Assembly: GCA_963767735.1 (NCBI GenBank)
Contig: CAVYES010000004.1
Span: 448,001 to 512,000 of the forward strand
Source of the DNA: Candidatus Bathyarchaeota archaeon
Lineage (GTDB): Archaea > Thermoproteota > Bathyarchaeia > Bathyarchaeales > Bathycorpusculaceae
Direction of reading: 5' to 3'
DNA length: 64,000 bases
Made by a program: the position numbers and the translations under genes. Positions within the stretch are counted from its first letter, which is position 1, and every line of letters starts with the position of its first letter. The notes below the pieces were generated by a model. That model saw nothing but the letters and a program-made list of their open reading frames with translations, was not told the DNA's origin and ran no database searches. This document shows, piece by piece, positions 50,712 to 61,096 of this stretch.

Positions 50712-52064
50712 ATGGAAACACAACGCATGTTCGACAGACTGAAGCTTGAGCTAACAGGCGACCAAGAAGGCAAATACAGAGAATTTCATCTTCGCAAAGA
50801 CATAAAGCAAGCCAGAATAGCAATACTACTTTTTGCGGTTCCTTTAATCGGTTTTGCCTTTAATGATTACCAGTTTTTCGGATTATCCCAAGAATTCTAC
50901 GGTCTCGTTGCGCTTAGATTGGGTGTGTTATTGTACACTGTTTTTGTGTTGTTTCGAATAGGGAAGGAGACGAGTTATAGGAAGTACGACCGATCCATTA
51001 CCGCATTCACTCTGATTGTTTTGATTTGTAGCGGAATCATAAATGCGACAAGACCGCAGAACTTTATTGCGCAGGTCATAATCACCATTATTGCTTTATT
51101 TGTGATATGCATGGTTGCTCCTAATCGGTTTGTTAACCAAATTGTCTTGTCATCAATCGCGGCGGTAGGTGAGGCAGCAATTGTAATATGGGTTCTGCAG
51201 CCTTCTTCCATAACCTACGTTTTCACGATATTTCTCGGTTTAATTCTAGCGTACGTTATTGCCCTATCAGGCTCATGGCAACTACACGTCTACCGCCGAA
51301 AAAGCTTCCAAGACCTAACAAAAAACATTGAACTCAAAAACGAACTCAAAAAGCATTCAGAAAACCTGGAGAAGCTGGTCGAGGAAAAAACCGTGGAACT
51401 GCGAAAATCAGAGAGGATGGCTACCATTGGGCAATTAGCCGGGATGGTGGGGCATGATTTGAGAAATCCTCTCACAAGCATAGCTGGCGCAGTCTATTAC
51501 CTAAAGAAGAAAGCTGGTCCAAAATTAAATGAAAAAGAGAAGGAGATGATAGCTACAATCGAGAGATCAGTGGATAATTCTAACAAAATAATAAGCGAAC
51601 TTCTTGACTACTCTAGGGAAATAAATCTGAATCGAAGCGAAACAGATCCACAGTCACTTTTGGAGGAGACCTTGACTTCACTCGAAGTTCCAGAAAAAAT
51701 CACTCTCGTGAACAACACAGAAAAAGAACCAACTTTCGCAGTAGATAAAGACAAGATGCAAAGGGTTTTTGTTAATTTGATCAGAAACGCGTTTGACGCC
51801 ATGCCTAACGGCGGAACATTGACAATCAGAAGTGAAAGAGTTGAAAACAAGGTTGCTTTTAGTTTCGCAGATACGGGCGAGGGAATGAGCGAAGATACTT
51901 TGCAGAAGCTTTGGACACCGCTTTTCACAACCAAAAGCGGAGGAATGGGTTTAGGGCTGCCAATATGCAAACGCTTCGTAGAAGCCCATAACGGAACCAT
52001 TGCCGTCAGCAGCATACCAAACCAAGGATGCACATTCGTTGTGAATTTGCCTATCCAAAACTGA
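50712..52064 (+). CDS. membrane-bound sensor histidine kinase
   Basis: Multiple TMs, HDLRNPL, NLIRNA, DTGEG, FTTK, GMGLGL. Confidence 0.93.
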   Translation: METQRMFDRLKLELTGDQEGKYREFHLRKDIKQARIAILLFAVPLIGFAFNDYQFFGLSQEFYGLVALRLGVLLYTVFVLFRIGKETSYRKYDRSITAFTLIVLICSGIINATRPQNFIAQVIITIIALFVICMVAPNRFVNQIVLSSIAAVGEAAIVIWVLQPSSITYVFTIFLGLILAYVIALSGSWQLHVYRRKSFQDLTKNIELKNELKKHSENLEKLVEEKTVELRKSERMATIGQLAGMVGHDLRNPLTSIAGAVYYLKKKAGPKLNEKEKEMIATIERSVDNSNKIISELLDYSREINLNRSETDPQSLLEETLTSLEVPEKITLVNNTEKEPTFAVDKDKMQRVFVNLIRNAFDAMPNGGTLTIRSERVENKVAFSFADTGEGMSEDTLQKLWTPLFTTKSGGMGLGLPICKRFVEAHNGTIAVSSIPNQGCTFVVNLPIQN

Positions 52065-52138
52065 AATCGGCTGAATATAGTCAAGTTTCTAACTAAATGC
52101 TAGCGCCGTTCTCCCCAAAAATAAAAAAAGCGGGAAAA

Positions 52139-52528
52139 TCAATCCTTGCTTCGTTGAATTAGGTCAATTAGGTTACCATAGAGGTCTTCGAAAACAACTT
52201 CAACGCCATAAGGCTGCTCTGCCGGTTCTCCGTAGAATTTTATTCCTTTAGCCTTCATTTCATTGTAGTCTCTTTGGCAGTTATCGGTTTCCAAAGTTAG
52301 AAACACATGGTCTCCCGCCTGCTTTCCCACCGCTTTAAGCTTGTCTTCGCTGTCTGCCTTCACAAAAGTTAACTCAAGGTCCGGCTGGTCTTGTGGCGAA
52401 ACAGTAACCCACCGCATATTTTCTCCAAAATAAGTGTCCTGTCGCTTTTGGAATCCAAGCTTTTCAATATAAAACTTGGCTGCTTGGTCTTGATCTTTGA
52501 CGAGGAGGGTGATATGGTCTATCTTCAT
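52139..52528 (-). CDS. VOC/glyoxalase family protein
   Basis: V.DQD.A.KFY...LGF, RWVTV, FEDLYGN. Confidence 0.9.
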   Translation of the reverse strand: MKIDHITLLVKDQDQAAKFYIEKLGFQKRQDTYFGENMRWVTVSPQDQPDLELTFVKADSEDKLKAVGKQAGDHVFLTLETDNCQRDYNEMKAKGIKFYGEPAEQPYGVEVVFEDLYGNLIDLIQRSKD

Positions 52529-52591
52529 TTAAGTCCGCTCACTAAGGAGTAATTGGTAACTGAAAAGAAAAATGTTATCCCAAGCTTGCAT

Positions 52592-53380
52592 TTAGGTGGA
52601 GCGGTCAAAGGGTGATTTTAGGGCTGTGACAACTTCCACCGGGGAGTCTTCGCCTGATTTTAGCCGTTTCTTCCATTCCTCTCCCACAGAGATAAGCGAG
52701 AAGATGCCTGAAACTTCAGCCTTTGATTTCTTGACGAGGGTTACGAGCGCTTCTTGTGTTTCTCCGCTTTTAATCATATCGTCAACGATCAGTACGCTGT
52801 CGCGTTTTTTGATTGCTTCTTTTGGAATGTAGAGCGTCACGGTTACGCCTGAATCTCTCCCTAAAATGTACGTTTCGTCCAGGAAGGCTTTAACGCCGAC
52901 TTCCTTGTTGCGCTTTGCAACGATAAGGTTCACGCCTAACGCGTTGGCAACCATGGTGGCTAAGGGAATGCCGTCAACGGCTGCTGTTAAAACTTTTGTT
53001 ACTCGTTTTCCGGCAAAATTTGCAAGTGCATGGTTTGCCGCTTGCTGCAAAATGTTGTAGTCGCCGACAATTTCTGTGTTATCGAAGTAACCTGCGTCGT
53101 CAAATTTTATTCTGCTGCGCAATTCGGCTTCTAAACCAACAATCTTGTTTAGAACTCGCCACAATTGCTTGGCTCTTGTTGTGTTCGGCAGCACGTGGCC
53201 TTTTGCGTAGCGGCTCAGCACGGTGACTGGTAAATCGGTTTTTGAGGCTAATTCGCGGTAAGTGATGTTGCGCTTGTATTTCGCTGTTCTCAACAGTTCG
53301 ATTGTCATTAAGCGAAGTTTCAAATCTTCTGCATGAGTGCTCAATTTTACCATGTCCCCTTTTTCACATTTATAAGTCAA
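52592..53380 (-). CDS. HTH-fused purine phosphoribosyltransferase-family protein
   Basis: TYRELAS.T.LP.TVLSRY..GHVLP HTH; VLIVDDMIKSGET PRPP motif. Confidence 0.88.
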   Translation of the reverse strand: MTYKCEKGDMVKLSTHAEDLKLRLMTIELLRTAKYKRNITYRELASKTDLPVTVLSRYAKGHVLPNTTRAKQLWRVLNKIVGLEAELRSRIKFDDAGYFDNTEIVGDYNILQQAANHALANFAGKRVTKVLTAAVDGIPLATMVANALGVNLIVAKRNKEVGVKAFLDETYILGRDSGVTVTLYIPKEAIKKRDSVLIVDDMIKSGETQEALVTLVKKSKAEVSGIFSLISVGEEWKKRLKSGEDSPVEVVTALKSPFDRST

Positions 53381-53535
53381 ATATAAGCTATTTATTTAAT
53401 ATTGTATCTTGCCAATTTATGCTTTTCTGTTTAAAATAATCAAGGCTCATCAAAGTTGTAGCAAGACTCAATCGTTCACTGTTTTACATTAAACTTTTTA
53501 AACAGTAAAGGAACTCGTATATCAAAAGGGGGTAT

Positions 53536-54087
53536 ATGACGCAGAGACTTAGCCAATTATTCTTAATAGCGCTTTTCGGCTCAATAATATTTGTCGTCAA
53601 CATGTTTCTGCCAGCCCCCTTAAACTATGTCCTAATAATCGTTGAAGCAGTTCTTCTCGCCCTCAGCAGCTTATTCATCAAAAAGTTAGGCGCCACCTAC
53701 GTAGGAGCAGTTGGCGGACTCTTGACAGCATTGGGAAGCCCCGCTTTGGGACCATTCACCTTCCTCTTCACGTTTCTCTTCGGCGTTTTAGTCGACGCGT
53801 TCTTGTTTATTTTCAGAATCAAAGGATCCCACGAAGGCGTAAACCGCAATAGGCTAATGGCTGCGATGGCGTTTAGCACAATGCTAATTGGCTTAATCAG
53901 CTATTCCGCATTTGCTTTTTTTCCACAGTTTATTCCCTTTGCGAAAGAGTTTTCCGTCGGCTTATTTATCCAAAGAAGCACCATGCTTGATGCGCTGGTA
54001 TTGTTCATGGGTCCAGTCACAGGTGTAACGGCTGGTTATGCCGCATCTTACTTGTGGAATAAATACCTGCGACACATCTGCCTCTAA
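53536..54087 (+). CDS. membrane protein, ECF S-component-like
   Basis: About five TMs, ALFG, GATY.G..GGLL. Confidence 0.55.
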   Translation: MTQRLSQLFLIALFGSIIFVVNMFLPAPLNYVLIIVEAVLLALSSLFIKKLGATYVGAVGGLLTALGSPALGPFTFLFTFLFGVLVDAFLFIFRIKGSHEGVNRNRLMAAMAFSTMLIGLISYSAFAFFPQFIPFAKEFSVGLFIQRSTMLDALVLFMGPVTGVTAGYAASYLWNKYLRHICL

Positions 54088-54368
54088 AATCGAAGCTGCT
54101 TGATTTTTTCATCAACTAATTTTGCAATCATCAAATTGGAAATAAAAACGCATTTGACACCCATTAATTCAGCAAGTTCGGCTGGCTTTTGGTCCTGAGT
54201 TACAAGGATTAAATCGTGTTTGCCCGCGTACTCCACGATTTCCCGGTCTTTAGCGCTTTTCAACCCGGCTTCCTGAGCAGTCAATACTTCATAACCTAAA
54301 GTTTCAAAGTACTCCTTTAAACCAGCATACATCTCGTCAAGCAGAATCTTCATGAATTCACTTTCCAC
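54084..54368 (-). CDS. DUF5615 PIN-like protein
   Basis: KILLDE, D.EI..YA, LVTQD. Confidence 0.8.
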   Translation of the reverse strand: MESEFMKILLDEMYAGLKEYFETLGYEVLTAQEAGLKSAKDREIVEYAGKHDLILVTQDQKPAELAELMGVKCVFISNLMIAKLVDEKIKQLRF

Positions 54369-54411
54369 TTTTGCAGTTAAATTATTTGAGCTTTACCTTG
54401 GCTGAAGCCAT

Positions 54412-55056
54412 TTAATCTATAAGCAGCAGCGCGAAAGATTCGGGATTTTTGGAAAAGGGAAAATTAACTTGGATTCCAGCGTTGCTTGCGGTTTTTCTTA
54501 CATTTACTCCAACTGCATCCTCGGACCATCGCGCCAAGTTTGGATGAGCGCAAATCCGTGTTTCAGTGTTGCATTTTTCGCACAGTTGGCATGTTCCTGA
54601 AACGAACGCCACGGCTAGGCTATAGCCTTTGTTCATTGCTGCTTTTTCCAAATCAACCACGCTTTGGAGCATTTTCTTTTTGTCGTCTTTCCATTCTGCC
54701 CAAAACTTCGTCGCTTTCTCTTTTACTTCTTTTGGAACCGTGGGGTCGGTTTCAGCTACCGTAAGCTGCTTATACACTTCGGGGTCAGCTTGGGCTTTGG
54801 ACTTGAACTTCATGAACATTGCATAATTATATTCGCTTACGATTTTTCTAAATTCTTCAGCTGAGGGTGTGTAAGGTGGGCAAGCCAATGTTTTGCCGTA
54901 GTTGTTGCAGCCGATTTTGCACTTGAGCACCACCCGGTCTTCAACCACGACTTTTTCTGCAGGGATGATTTTGGCGTCGGCAGCACCCTTATCCAACGCT
55001 AACTTTACGAGAAACTGGTATTTTTCAGCGCCATTTTGCAGTGTCATTTTTTTCAC
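54412..55056 (-). CDS. DUF2284 metal-binding protein (paralog of 7420-8055)
   Basis: Same Cys motifs and FMKFKS segment. Confidence 0.85.
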   Translation of the reverse strand: MKKMTLQNGAEKYQFLVKLALDKGAADAKIIPAEKVVVEDRVVLKCKIGCNNYGKTLACPPYTPSAEEFRKIVSEYNYAMFMKFKSKAQADPEVYKQLTVAETDPTVPKEVKEKATKFWAEWKDDKKKMLQSVVDLEKAAMNKGYSLAVAFVSGTCQLCEKCNTETRICAHPNLARWSEDAVGVNVRKTASNAGIQVNFPFSKNPESFALLLID

Positions 55057-55239
55057 TACTCCTCTGCGTGACGGCTTCTTTTGATATAAATATTTAGGGG
55101 AACTGTTGAGAAACCTTTGCTACAGAATCGTTAGCAGTTAAGCAGTTAATTGAATAGTTGGCGTTTTTACATGCTTGCAAGCGCAAGGATAATATAGAGA
55201 TTCATTAAATCATGTCTTTGAACTGAAGGTGCGGTAGCC

Positions 55240-56394
55240 ATCAAAAGCAAAATTAGCAGCGTCGGGTACGTCAACAAAATTCAGGAAAATATTTTAAGCA
55301 TCAAACGAAAAGAGCTCTCACCGTTATTTGATGAACTTAAAGCGGCTGACTGCGTAATCTGCGGAGGATCAGGCAGATCTCTGTACTCTTTGAATGCTGC
55401 ACTAAGCCAAATTGCGTTGAGCCAAGCTGGCTGGAGAAACAAGGTTGTTTTAACTCCAGATGACCCAGGTTTTCCAGGCAAAAGCATGTATGATGCAGCA
55501 GCTGACCTTGCCAGGCGTTACAAGAAAACCCTGCTTTTGATAAATTCCGGCAGCGGCTACTCCGATGACCCGCTAGTGATGGCTCAAGACCTAGCCAAAT
55601 ATATTGAAGAAAAAAAATCAAACAAGTTCACCATGGGCCTTTTTACTTCCGCTGTTGAATCACCTCTAGGGGAAATAGTCGGTAAATACGGTAATGTTGT
55701 TGAACTTAAGGGACGCGGCAAATCTAAGCCAGGCACTGAATACAGCGAAACTGGCATGATGGGCGACATATTCGAGTTAGGAACCCTTGAACTTCTGAAC
55801 AGCATGGTTGAAGCTGTATTCCGTAACCTTGAAGTTGATGATGTGTTTTCGCTTTGCGTTGAAGAATTCGAGAAAATCGGCGAAATGATCGACTCCAACG
55901 TTAACTCTGAAACCTACACACAACTCGTCAACTTACTTGAAAAACGCACAAACGTGTTTCTGGGCGGAAAAGGCACCGCAAACGAAATCGCCAAAATGAC
56001 GGGTGTGAGACTTTTCCACATCAAAAGTTTTCTGGGCGACAACGTCTACATAACACGAGGCGTTAACACTCCACATCCAAGAGCAGGCGACCTCGAAATC
56101 CTCCTCTCATACTCAGGCGAAACAAGACCCGTCATCATCTGGGCTGACGTAATCAAAAAATTCGCTGGAACCGTATTTGCAATAACAACCTCACCAGACT
56201 CAACTCTGGCAAAGAAAGCAGACTTAAAAATCATCCTTCCAGAAGAAGCTAAGCCAATGACGCCAAGACGCTTCTACACAAGAGCTGCCTACGTGCTAAG
56301 CCCAATTCCAGTAAAACTCGCTGAGCGACTGGGTCAAAGAGGACTTAACCTGCCTGAATACATAATCAGCTGGTACCACTCCGTAACACAATAA
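55240..56394 (+). CDS. tandem SIS-domain protein (6-phospho-3-hexuloisomerase-like)
   Basis: GGSGRS (upstream of the ORF-track start), NSGSG, SYSGET, S.LAKKAD; frame open back to ATC 55240 after AAGGTG. Confidence 0.75.
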   Translation: MKSKISSVGYVNKIQENILSIKRKELSPLFDELKAADCVICGGSGRSLYSLNAALSQIALSQAGWRNKVVLTPDDPGFPGKSMYDAAADLARRYKKTLLLINSGSGYSDDPLVMAQDLAKYIEEKKSNKFTMGLFTSAVESPLGEIVGKYGNVVELKGRGKSKPGTEYSETGMMGDIFELGTLELLNSMVEAVFRNLEVDDVFSLCVEEFEKIGEMIDSNVNSETYTQLVNLLEKRTNVFLGGKGTANEIAKMTGVRLFHIKSFLGDNVYITRGVNTPHPRAGDLEILLSYSGETRPVIIWADVIKKFAGTVFAITTSPDSTLAKKADLKIILPEEAKPMTPRRFYTRAAYVLSPIPVKLAERLGQRGLNLPEYIISWYHSVTQ

Positions 56395-56402
56395 ACACGT
56401 GT

Positions 56403-57002
56403 TCACGGGTGCCCTGTTTTTTGAAGCATAACAATCCTCGCGTCCATGGAACCTTCAACAGAGAGGAGTGGTATCGGCAGCACTGGGCCTCTTTTGAATT
56501 TGGACCTGGAGAAATATTTGTCGATGGCTTCTTCGGTTATAGCATTGAATTGGTCATGGGGTGATTCCCCGCTCGCCCCTCTTATCAGGGCGTGTCCCCC
56601 ATTTTTCAATACCCGAAAAAGCTCTGAAGCATAGTGAGGTCTGTCATGGTCTTCTATGAGATGAAATAGACCGCGGTCGGTTATGAAATCGATAGACGCG
56701 TCGACTATGGGGAGCTCCAAGACGTTTCCCCTGAACCAATCCACTTCAACATGGGCTTTTTTCGCTCTTTTTTCTGCGATTGTAAGAGCGGCGGAACTGA
56801 TATCGACGCCTATGACTCTAAATCCTTGTTGCGCCATGAAAATAGAGTCGGTTCCGCCGCCTGAGCCAACGTCGAGAACTCTCGCATTTCTCTGAGGTAC
56901 GCCTGCGGCTGCAAGAGCTATAAGCTCGGGAGAGGGGTAATTGAACTCCCAGTGCTTGTATTCCCCGCTTTCATAAGCACTTTCCCAATAATCATTAGTC
57001 AC
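56403..57002 (-). CDS. class I SAM-dependent methyltransferase
   Basis: VLDVGSGGG, GVDIS, DRGLFH. Confidence 0.88.
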   Translation of the reverse strand: MTNDYWESAYESGEYKHWEFNYPSPELIALAAAGVPQRNARVLDVGSGGGTDSIFMAQQGFRVIGVDISSAALTIAEKRAKKAHVEVDWFRGNVLELPIVDASIDFITDRGLFHLIEDHDRPHYASELFRVLKNGGHALIRGASGESPHDQFNAITEEAIDKYFSRSKFKRGPVLPIPLLSVEGSMDARIVMLQKTGHP

Positions 57003-57063
57003 GGTTCATCCCAGGTAAGGTGCGATTCCTTTTGTGCGGTAAAAGATGTTAAAGATGCCCTCT

Positions 57064-57840
57064 TCAAAACTTGCCATTTGGATTTTTCCATTCTTCACGC
57101 GGGGGTATTACTTGGATAGTGTCCCAGTGTTCAGCAATTTTCCCATTTTGGATTCGATATAAGTCATAATACGATGATAGCTTGTCACCGAAGTTGCCCT
57201 CCGAAACCACGAGTACGAAGTTTCCTTCTCCCAAAATTTTATGAACCTTGGTGTACTTCACAGCCAACCCCTGTGTAGCCAAAGCCTGCAATCCAGCTAC
57301 CAGTCCTGAAAGATCATCAGCAACCAGAGGATTATGTTGTATATAGTTGTCTCCATCAAAATAGCCTGCGAACTTCTCTTTGCGGCCATTAAGCAGGTCC
57401 TCCATATAAGTTCGCATAAGCTCTTTATTCGCTTCTGTCTTGTCAAGCCCCCAAGCAAATGTAGGTCCATCTATCATAGTGTGCCCGCTCGGGTTTGATT
57501 TCTCAGCTTTAGGCTGAAAGTTATCCCAGTGTTCCACAATCTTTCCATCTTCAAATCGGTAGATATCAAAACCAATCAAAGAAACGTTTGGGACGTTGAA
57601 CTCTGAGTGCAAAAATACGAAATTACCATCCTGAAAGGCGCGTACTGGATTGACTTTAAACGAGATCTTCTGATTAATTGCCCTACGCTCGATTAATCCT
57701 TGAATACCGTCTTTCAATGTAAGATTGTGCTGAACAAATTTATCTGAGTTTATGTAAGAAAGCGGTCCGTTATCCCCTGTCTCACCACTTTTAAATAATT
57801 CCAACGCCTGTTGCTTATAATTTTCCATAAAAATTACCAT
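57064..57840 (-). CDS. tandem SnoaL/NTF2-like protein
   Basis: Duplicated QHN..DG, D.YR...GKI.EHWD. Confidence 0.88.
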   Translation of the reverse strand: MVIFMENYKQQALELFKSGETGDNGPLSYINSDKFVQHNLTLKDGIQGLIERRAINQKISFKVNPVRAFQDGNFVFLHSEFNVPNVSLIGFDIYRFEDGKIVEHWDNFQPKAEKSNPSGHTMIDGPTFAWGLDKTEANKELMRTYMEDLLNGRKEKFAGYFDGDNYIQHNPLVADDLSGLVAGLQALATQGLAVKYTKVHKILGEGNFVLVVSEGNFGDKLSSYYDLYRIQNGKIAEHWDTIQVIPPREEWKNPNGKF

Positions 57841-57992
57841 ATTTCAACTAGTATTGGTGATTCTTATTGCTTTCCATCACACCCTATTGCAAAGTTTCTA
57901 CTTTCAATTTTGCTTGAGAAATTCCGTTGCTAAATTGATCCCCTATCCCGCGTCAACTGTTGCTTACAACAAAGACATAGATTCTCAAAAAA

Positions 57993-59414
57993 TCAGCAGA
58001 TTTTGTCAGATTTTAGCCAAAAAGGTTTGCCTTCAAGAAAATCTGTTAAGAACTCGGCAAAATCGCTGTTCTCAAGGTACAATTCAGAAATTTCATCGTT
58101 AACTAGAATTTTGTGGTTTTTTAGGATTGATTTTGCAATGAGTTCTGCGACGCCTGCAGTTTTGCCTCCATCTGCCAGCTGCTCTTTTAAGAGTGCAACT
58201 GCATCGGTCGTTTTGCGGTTTACTTCAATTATCCAGCGTCCATCCGCAATGTAGGGTCCAGAAATAACGTTCTCGTTACAAGCATATTTAGCTAAGAAAC
58301 GTTCGCACTCTGCTTCTCGCTCCAGCGGTGGGCCGAGATGCTTTTTGATGTTTGGCAAAACGTGCTTTTCAAGCTCAAATATGTATATGCTGATGGTTGT
58401 TTCGTTGCTCCAAACCGTGTCTTTTAGGATTTTGTAATTGTTTAACTCTATTAATCTGTGGAGTGAGCGTTTTGTTCTGTATAGTTGTCCCCATAAGACG
58501 TCGGGAACAGCGCCTACTTGGTCTAAAGCCAGAAATACAGTTGATGAGCCGCGGCTGGCAAGCTGGCTTTTTAAGGTGGCAACGGGTAGCGCTTGAGTTT
58601 TTGGAGGATAAAAGAATGATTCATCGGACTTTTTCTGGAAAGCTCTAGCTGCGCCAACAAAACTGTAAAGCTTCTCTGGTTGCACGGCTGAAGCCACGTT
58701 TCTTCCTTTGTCAACGGGGTCAATGATCACTAATGGTTCTGGGAAGAGTAGGGAAAGCTCGTTTTGTCTGTTTTCGTAATAGTTTTCGATGTCTATTATT
58801 ACTCGTCTGTTGTATCGTGCGAAGGCTTGTATTGTTTCAGCGAACGAGCGGTATTTCATTATCAATAGTTCGCAGAGGTAGCCGCTGAATCCGCCGACTT
58901 TTATTTCCGCACCATAAACGCTTGTGCCCTGCATGAACCTTTTAAGAAGCCTAACTTCCCCACGCAGCTCCGTGGTTAAGTGTTTTTTGATGTAGTCTGT
59001 GTGGTAGGGTGTTCTGTCAGTTGCGCTCTGCCATTCGCCAGGTTTGGCATTATAGCAAGGGACAATGTCCACTCGGTAACCGTCAACGATTATTTGTAGG
59101 TAAGGGTGCTCAGCGAAACGTTCAATCTGCTCGTAATCGCCAGCCGCTTTTTTAGCAACCTTTAAGCCGATGTCCCCAAGGTCTTTTCGCGGAATCGATG
59201 TTGGCAGCCGCATGAAAATGTCAATGTCCGGGTTTTCCCGAAGCCACGTGTCTTTGGCAACTGAACCTTCAACACGCACAATTGCGCCAACCCCTTCCTG
59301 CTTGCAAGCCAAAGCTACCTTCTGCTCAATCTCGCCGGTGATAGCATAAACTTTTGCTCGGTCCTCTTTTGTGGGAGTAATTTTCTGGAGAACCTGCTCT
59401 GTTATTTCCTGCAT
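57993..59414 (-). CDS. cca: archaeal CCA-adding enzyme
   Basis: GSVAKDTWL..DIDIF, AEHPY, DRTPYH, YGAE..GGFSGYLCELL, DPVD..RNVA. Confidence 0.96.
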   Translation of the reverse strand: MQEITEQVLQKITPTKEDRAKVYAITGEIEQKVALACKQEGVGAIVRVEGSVAKDTWLRENPDIDIFMRLPTSIPRKDLGDIGLKVAKKAAGDYEQIERFAEHPYLQIIVDGYRVDIVPCYNAKPGEWQSATDRTPYHTDYIKKHLTTELRGEVRLLKRFMQGTSVYGAEIKVGGFSGYLCELLIMKYRSFAETIQAFARYNRRVIIDIENYYENRQNELSLLFPEPLVIIDPVDKGRNVASAVQPEKLYSFVGAARAFQKKSDESFFYPPKTQALPVATLKSQLASRGSSTVFLALDQVGAVPDVLWGQLYRTKRSLHRLIELNNYKILKDTVWSNETTISIYIFELEKHVLPNIKKHLGPPLEREAECERFLAKYACNENVISGPYIADGRWIIEVNRKTTDAVALLKEQLADGGKTAGVAELIAKSILKNHKILVNDEISELYLENSDFAEFLTDFLEGKPFWLKSDKIC

Positions 59415-59418
59415 GGCT

Positions 59419-60000
59419 TCATTTTTGCTCCATTGGCGGGCAGACTTCTCTGAGCGTTGTGTAAGTTGGACCTTTAGGTGATAATTGGCTTCTTTTCAGC
59501 CTAAGGCAGTCGGCTTTGATTATGCCAAATTCGTAATCAGCTTTCTTCGTTACAAACTCAGCTAGGCGCTCTTTGTCTCTGCCTGATCTTACCCGCGCAA
59601 TGGTCAAGTGCGGGCTAAACCCATAAGCATCCGCCGCAAACCCCAAGGCGCGAATCTGTGGTTCAAGCTGAGTGAAAATGCTTTTGAGTTGCTCGACGCC
59701 ATCAGTCATCCCCGCCCAAACAACTCGGGGATAATTGAGGCTTGGAAAAACGCCTAAACCGCAGAGTTTAATATTGAAAGGGGTAAATTTGACGTTTTTC
59801 ATCGCCTCGTAAACCTTGTCAACCATGCCCGGGTTGATGTCACCCAAAAATCTGGTCGTTATATGGATGTTTTGCGTCGCTACAGGTCTGAGGTCTGCAC
59901 CTGTTTCAACCAGAAGCTTCTGGGCGGCAGCTAGCCGACTGAGAACCTGCTCGTTTTGCATGTCAAATGCAATGAAGCTCCTTATCTGTTCAGACATCAC
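59419..60000 (-). CDS. thpR: RNA 2',3'-cyclic phosphodiesterase (2H family)
   Basis: HIT..FLG and PHLTIAR motifs, PRVVWAG. Confidence 0.93.
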   Translation of the reverse strand: MMSEQIRSFIAFDMQNEQVLSRLAAAQKLLVETGADLRPVATQNIHITTRFLGDINPGMVDKVYEAMKNVKFTPFNIKLCGLGVFPSLNYPRVVWAGMTDGVEQLKSIFTQLEPQIRALGFAADAYGFSPHLTIARVRSGRDKERLAEFVTKKADYEFGIIKADCLRLKRSQLSPKGPTYTTLREVCPPMEQK

Positions 60001-60172
60001 GTGTTCCTTCAGCTATTTTTAACACTTACCCTCATAAATGCTTTTAACACGAAGGATGCAGCCCGAGTGGTTCAAATTAACCAAAGGATTCGGATTAGCT
60101 GTCGGTGACCTCCTTATATAAAACATTTTTAATTATCACTAAAGAATTGAAGCTGAATCGCGGGCTAATAGC

Positions 60173-61096
60173 ATGATTGAGACTGAGAACCTTACAAGGA
60201 AGTTCGGTAACCTGACTGCGGTCGACAACCTAACTCTTCGCGTAGACAAGGGCGAAGTCTTCGGTTTCCTTGGACCAAACGGGGCAGGAAAGACCACCAC
60301 AGTCAGAATGCTCTGTTGCCTGATATCCAAGACAAGCGGCAAAGCCCGAATTGGCGATTACGAGATTGGCAACCAAGAAGCTGCCCTGAAGATCAGGAAG
60401 ATCATCGGGCTTGTCCCTGACAACGTGGGCCTCTACGAGTCGCTGACCGCCTATGAGAACCTGGACTACTACGGAACGCTTTACAGACGCAGTGACTCAG
60501 AGCGAAAGGAGAGCAACGAGTACTTCCTCAAGCTGCTTGGGCTCTGGGAAAAAAGAGATGCTCTTGCGGGGTCGTTCTCGAAAGGGATGAAACAGAAGCT
60601 CGCCATAGCACGCGCGCTTGTCCATGACCCTGAAGTTCTTTTCATGGATGAACCAACCGCAAACCTAGACCCTGAAGCCGCAAAAGCGGTGAGGGAGTTC
60701 ATCCTTGATTTGAAAAAGGAGAAAAAAACCATCTTCATCAATACGCACAACCTTGATGAGGCTCAGAGGATCTGTGACAGGATCGGCATTTTGAATACTC
60801 GGCTGATGGCTGTCGGTACCCCTGAAGAGATCAAGCGGACGATACGAGGAAGAAAGACTGTGATTCAGCTGATACAGGTGAACGAAGCAATTTTGATCGC
60901 GTTGAAGAGACTCCAGGTCAAGAACATGGTCAGGGACGGCAACAAGCTCTATGTCGATGTAGAGAACTCTGAGGAAGAGAATCCTGACATTATAAACGCG
61001 ATTGCCGCAGCAGGCGGACGCATCGAGACAGTTACAGTGATTGGCAGCTCGCTCGAAGACGCTTACCTAAAACTCGTGAGGGAGAACGCACAATGA
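60173..61096 (+). CDS. ABC exporter ATP-binding protein
   Basis: GPNGAGKT, FSKGMKQK, DEPT. Confidence 0.92.
   Translation: MIETENLTRKFGNLTAVDNLTLRVDKGEVFGFLGPNGAGKTTTVRMLCCLISKTSGKARIGDYEIGNQEAALKIRKIIGLVPDNVGLYESLTAYENLDYYGTLYRRSDSERKESNEYFLKLLGLWEKRDALAGSFSKGMKQKLAIARALVHDPEVLFMDEPTANLDPEAAKAVREFILDLKKEKKTIFINTHNLDEAQRICDRIGILNTRLMAVGTPEEIKRTIRGRKTVIQLIQVNEAILIALKRLQVKNMVRDGNKLYVDVENSEEENPDIINAIAAAGGRIETVTVIGSSLEDAYLKLVRENAQ

Noticed and set aside
60058-60085. tRNA-like fragment GCCCGAGTGGTTCAAAT
   Set aside because: No cloverleaf or acceptor stem can be formed
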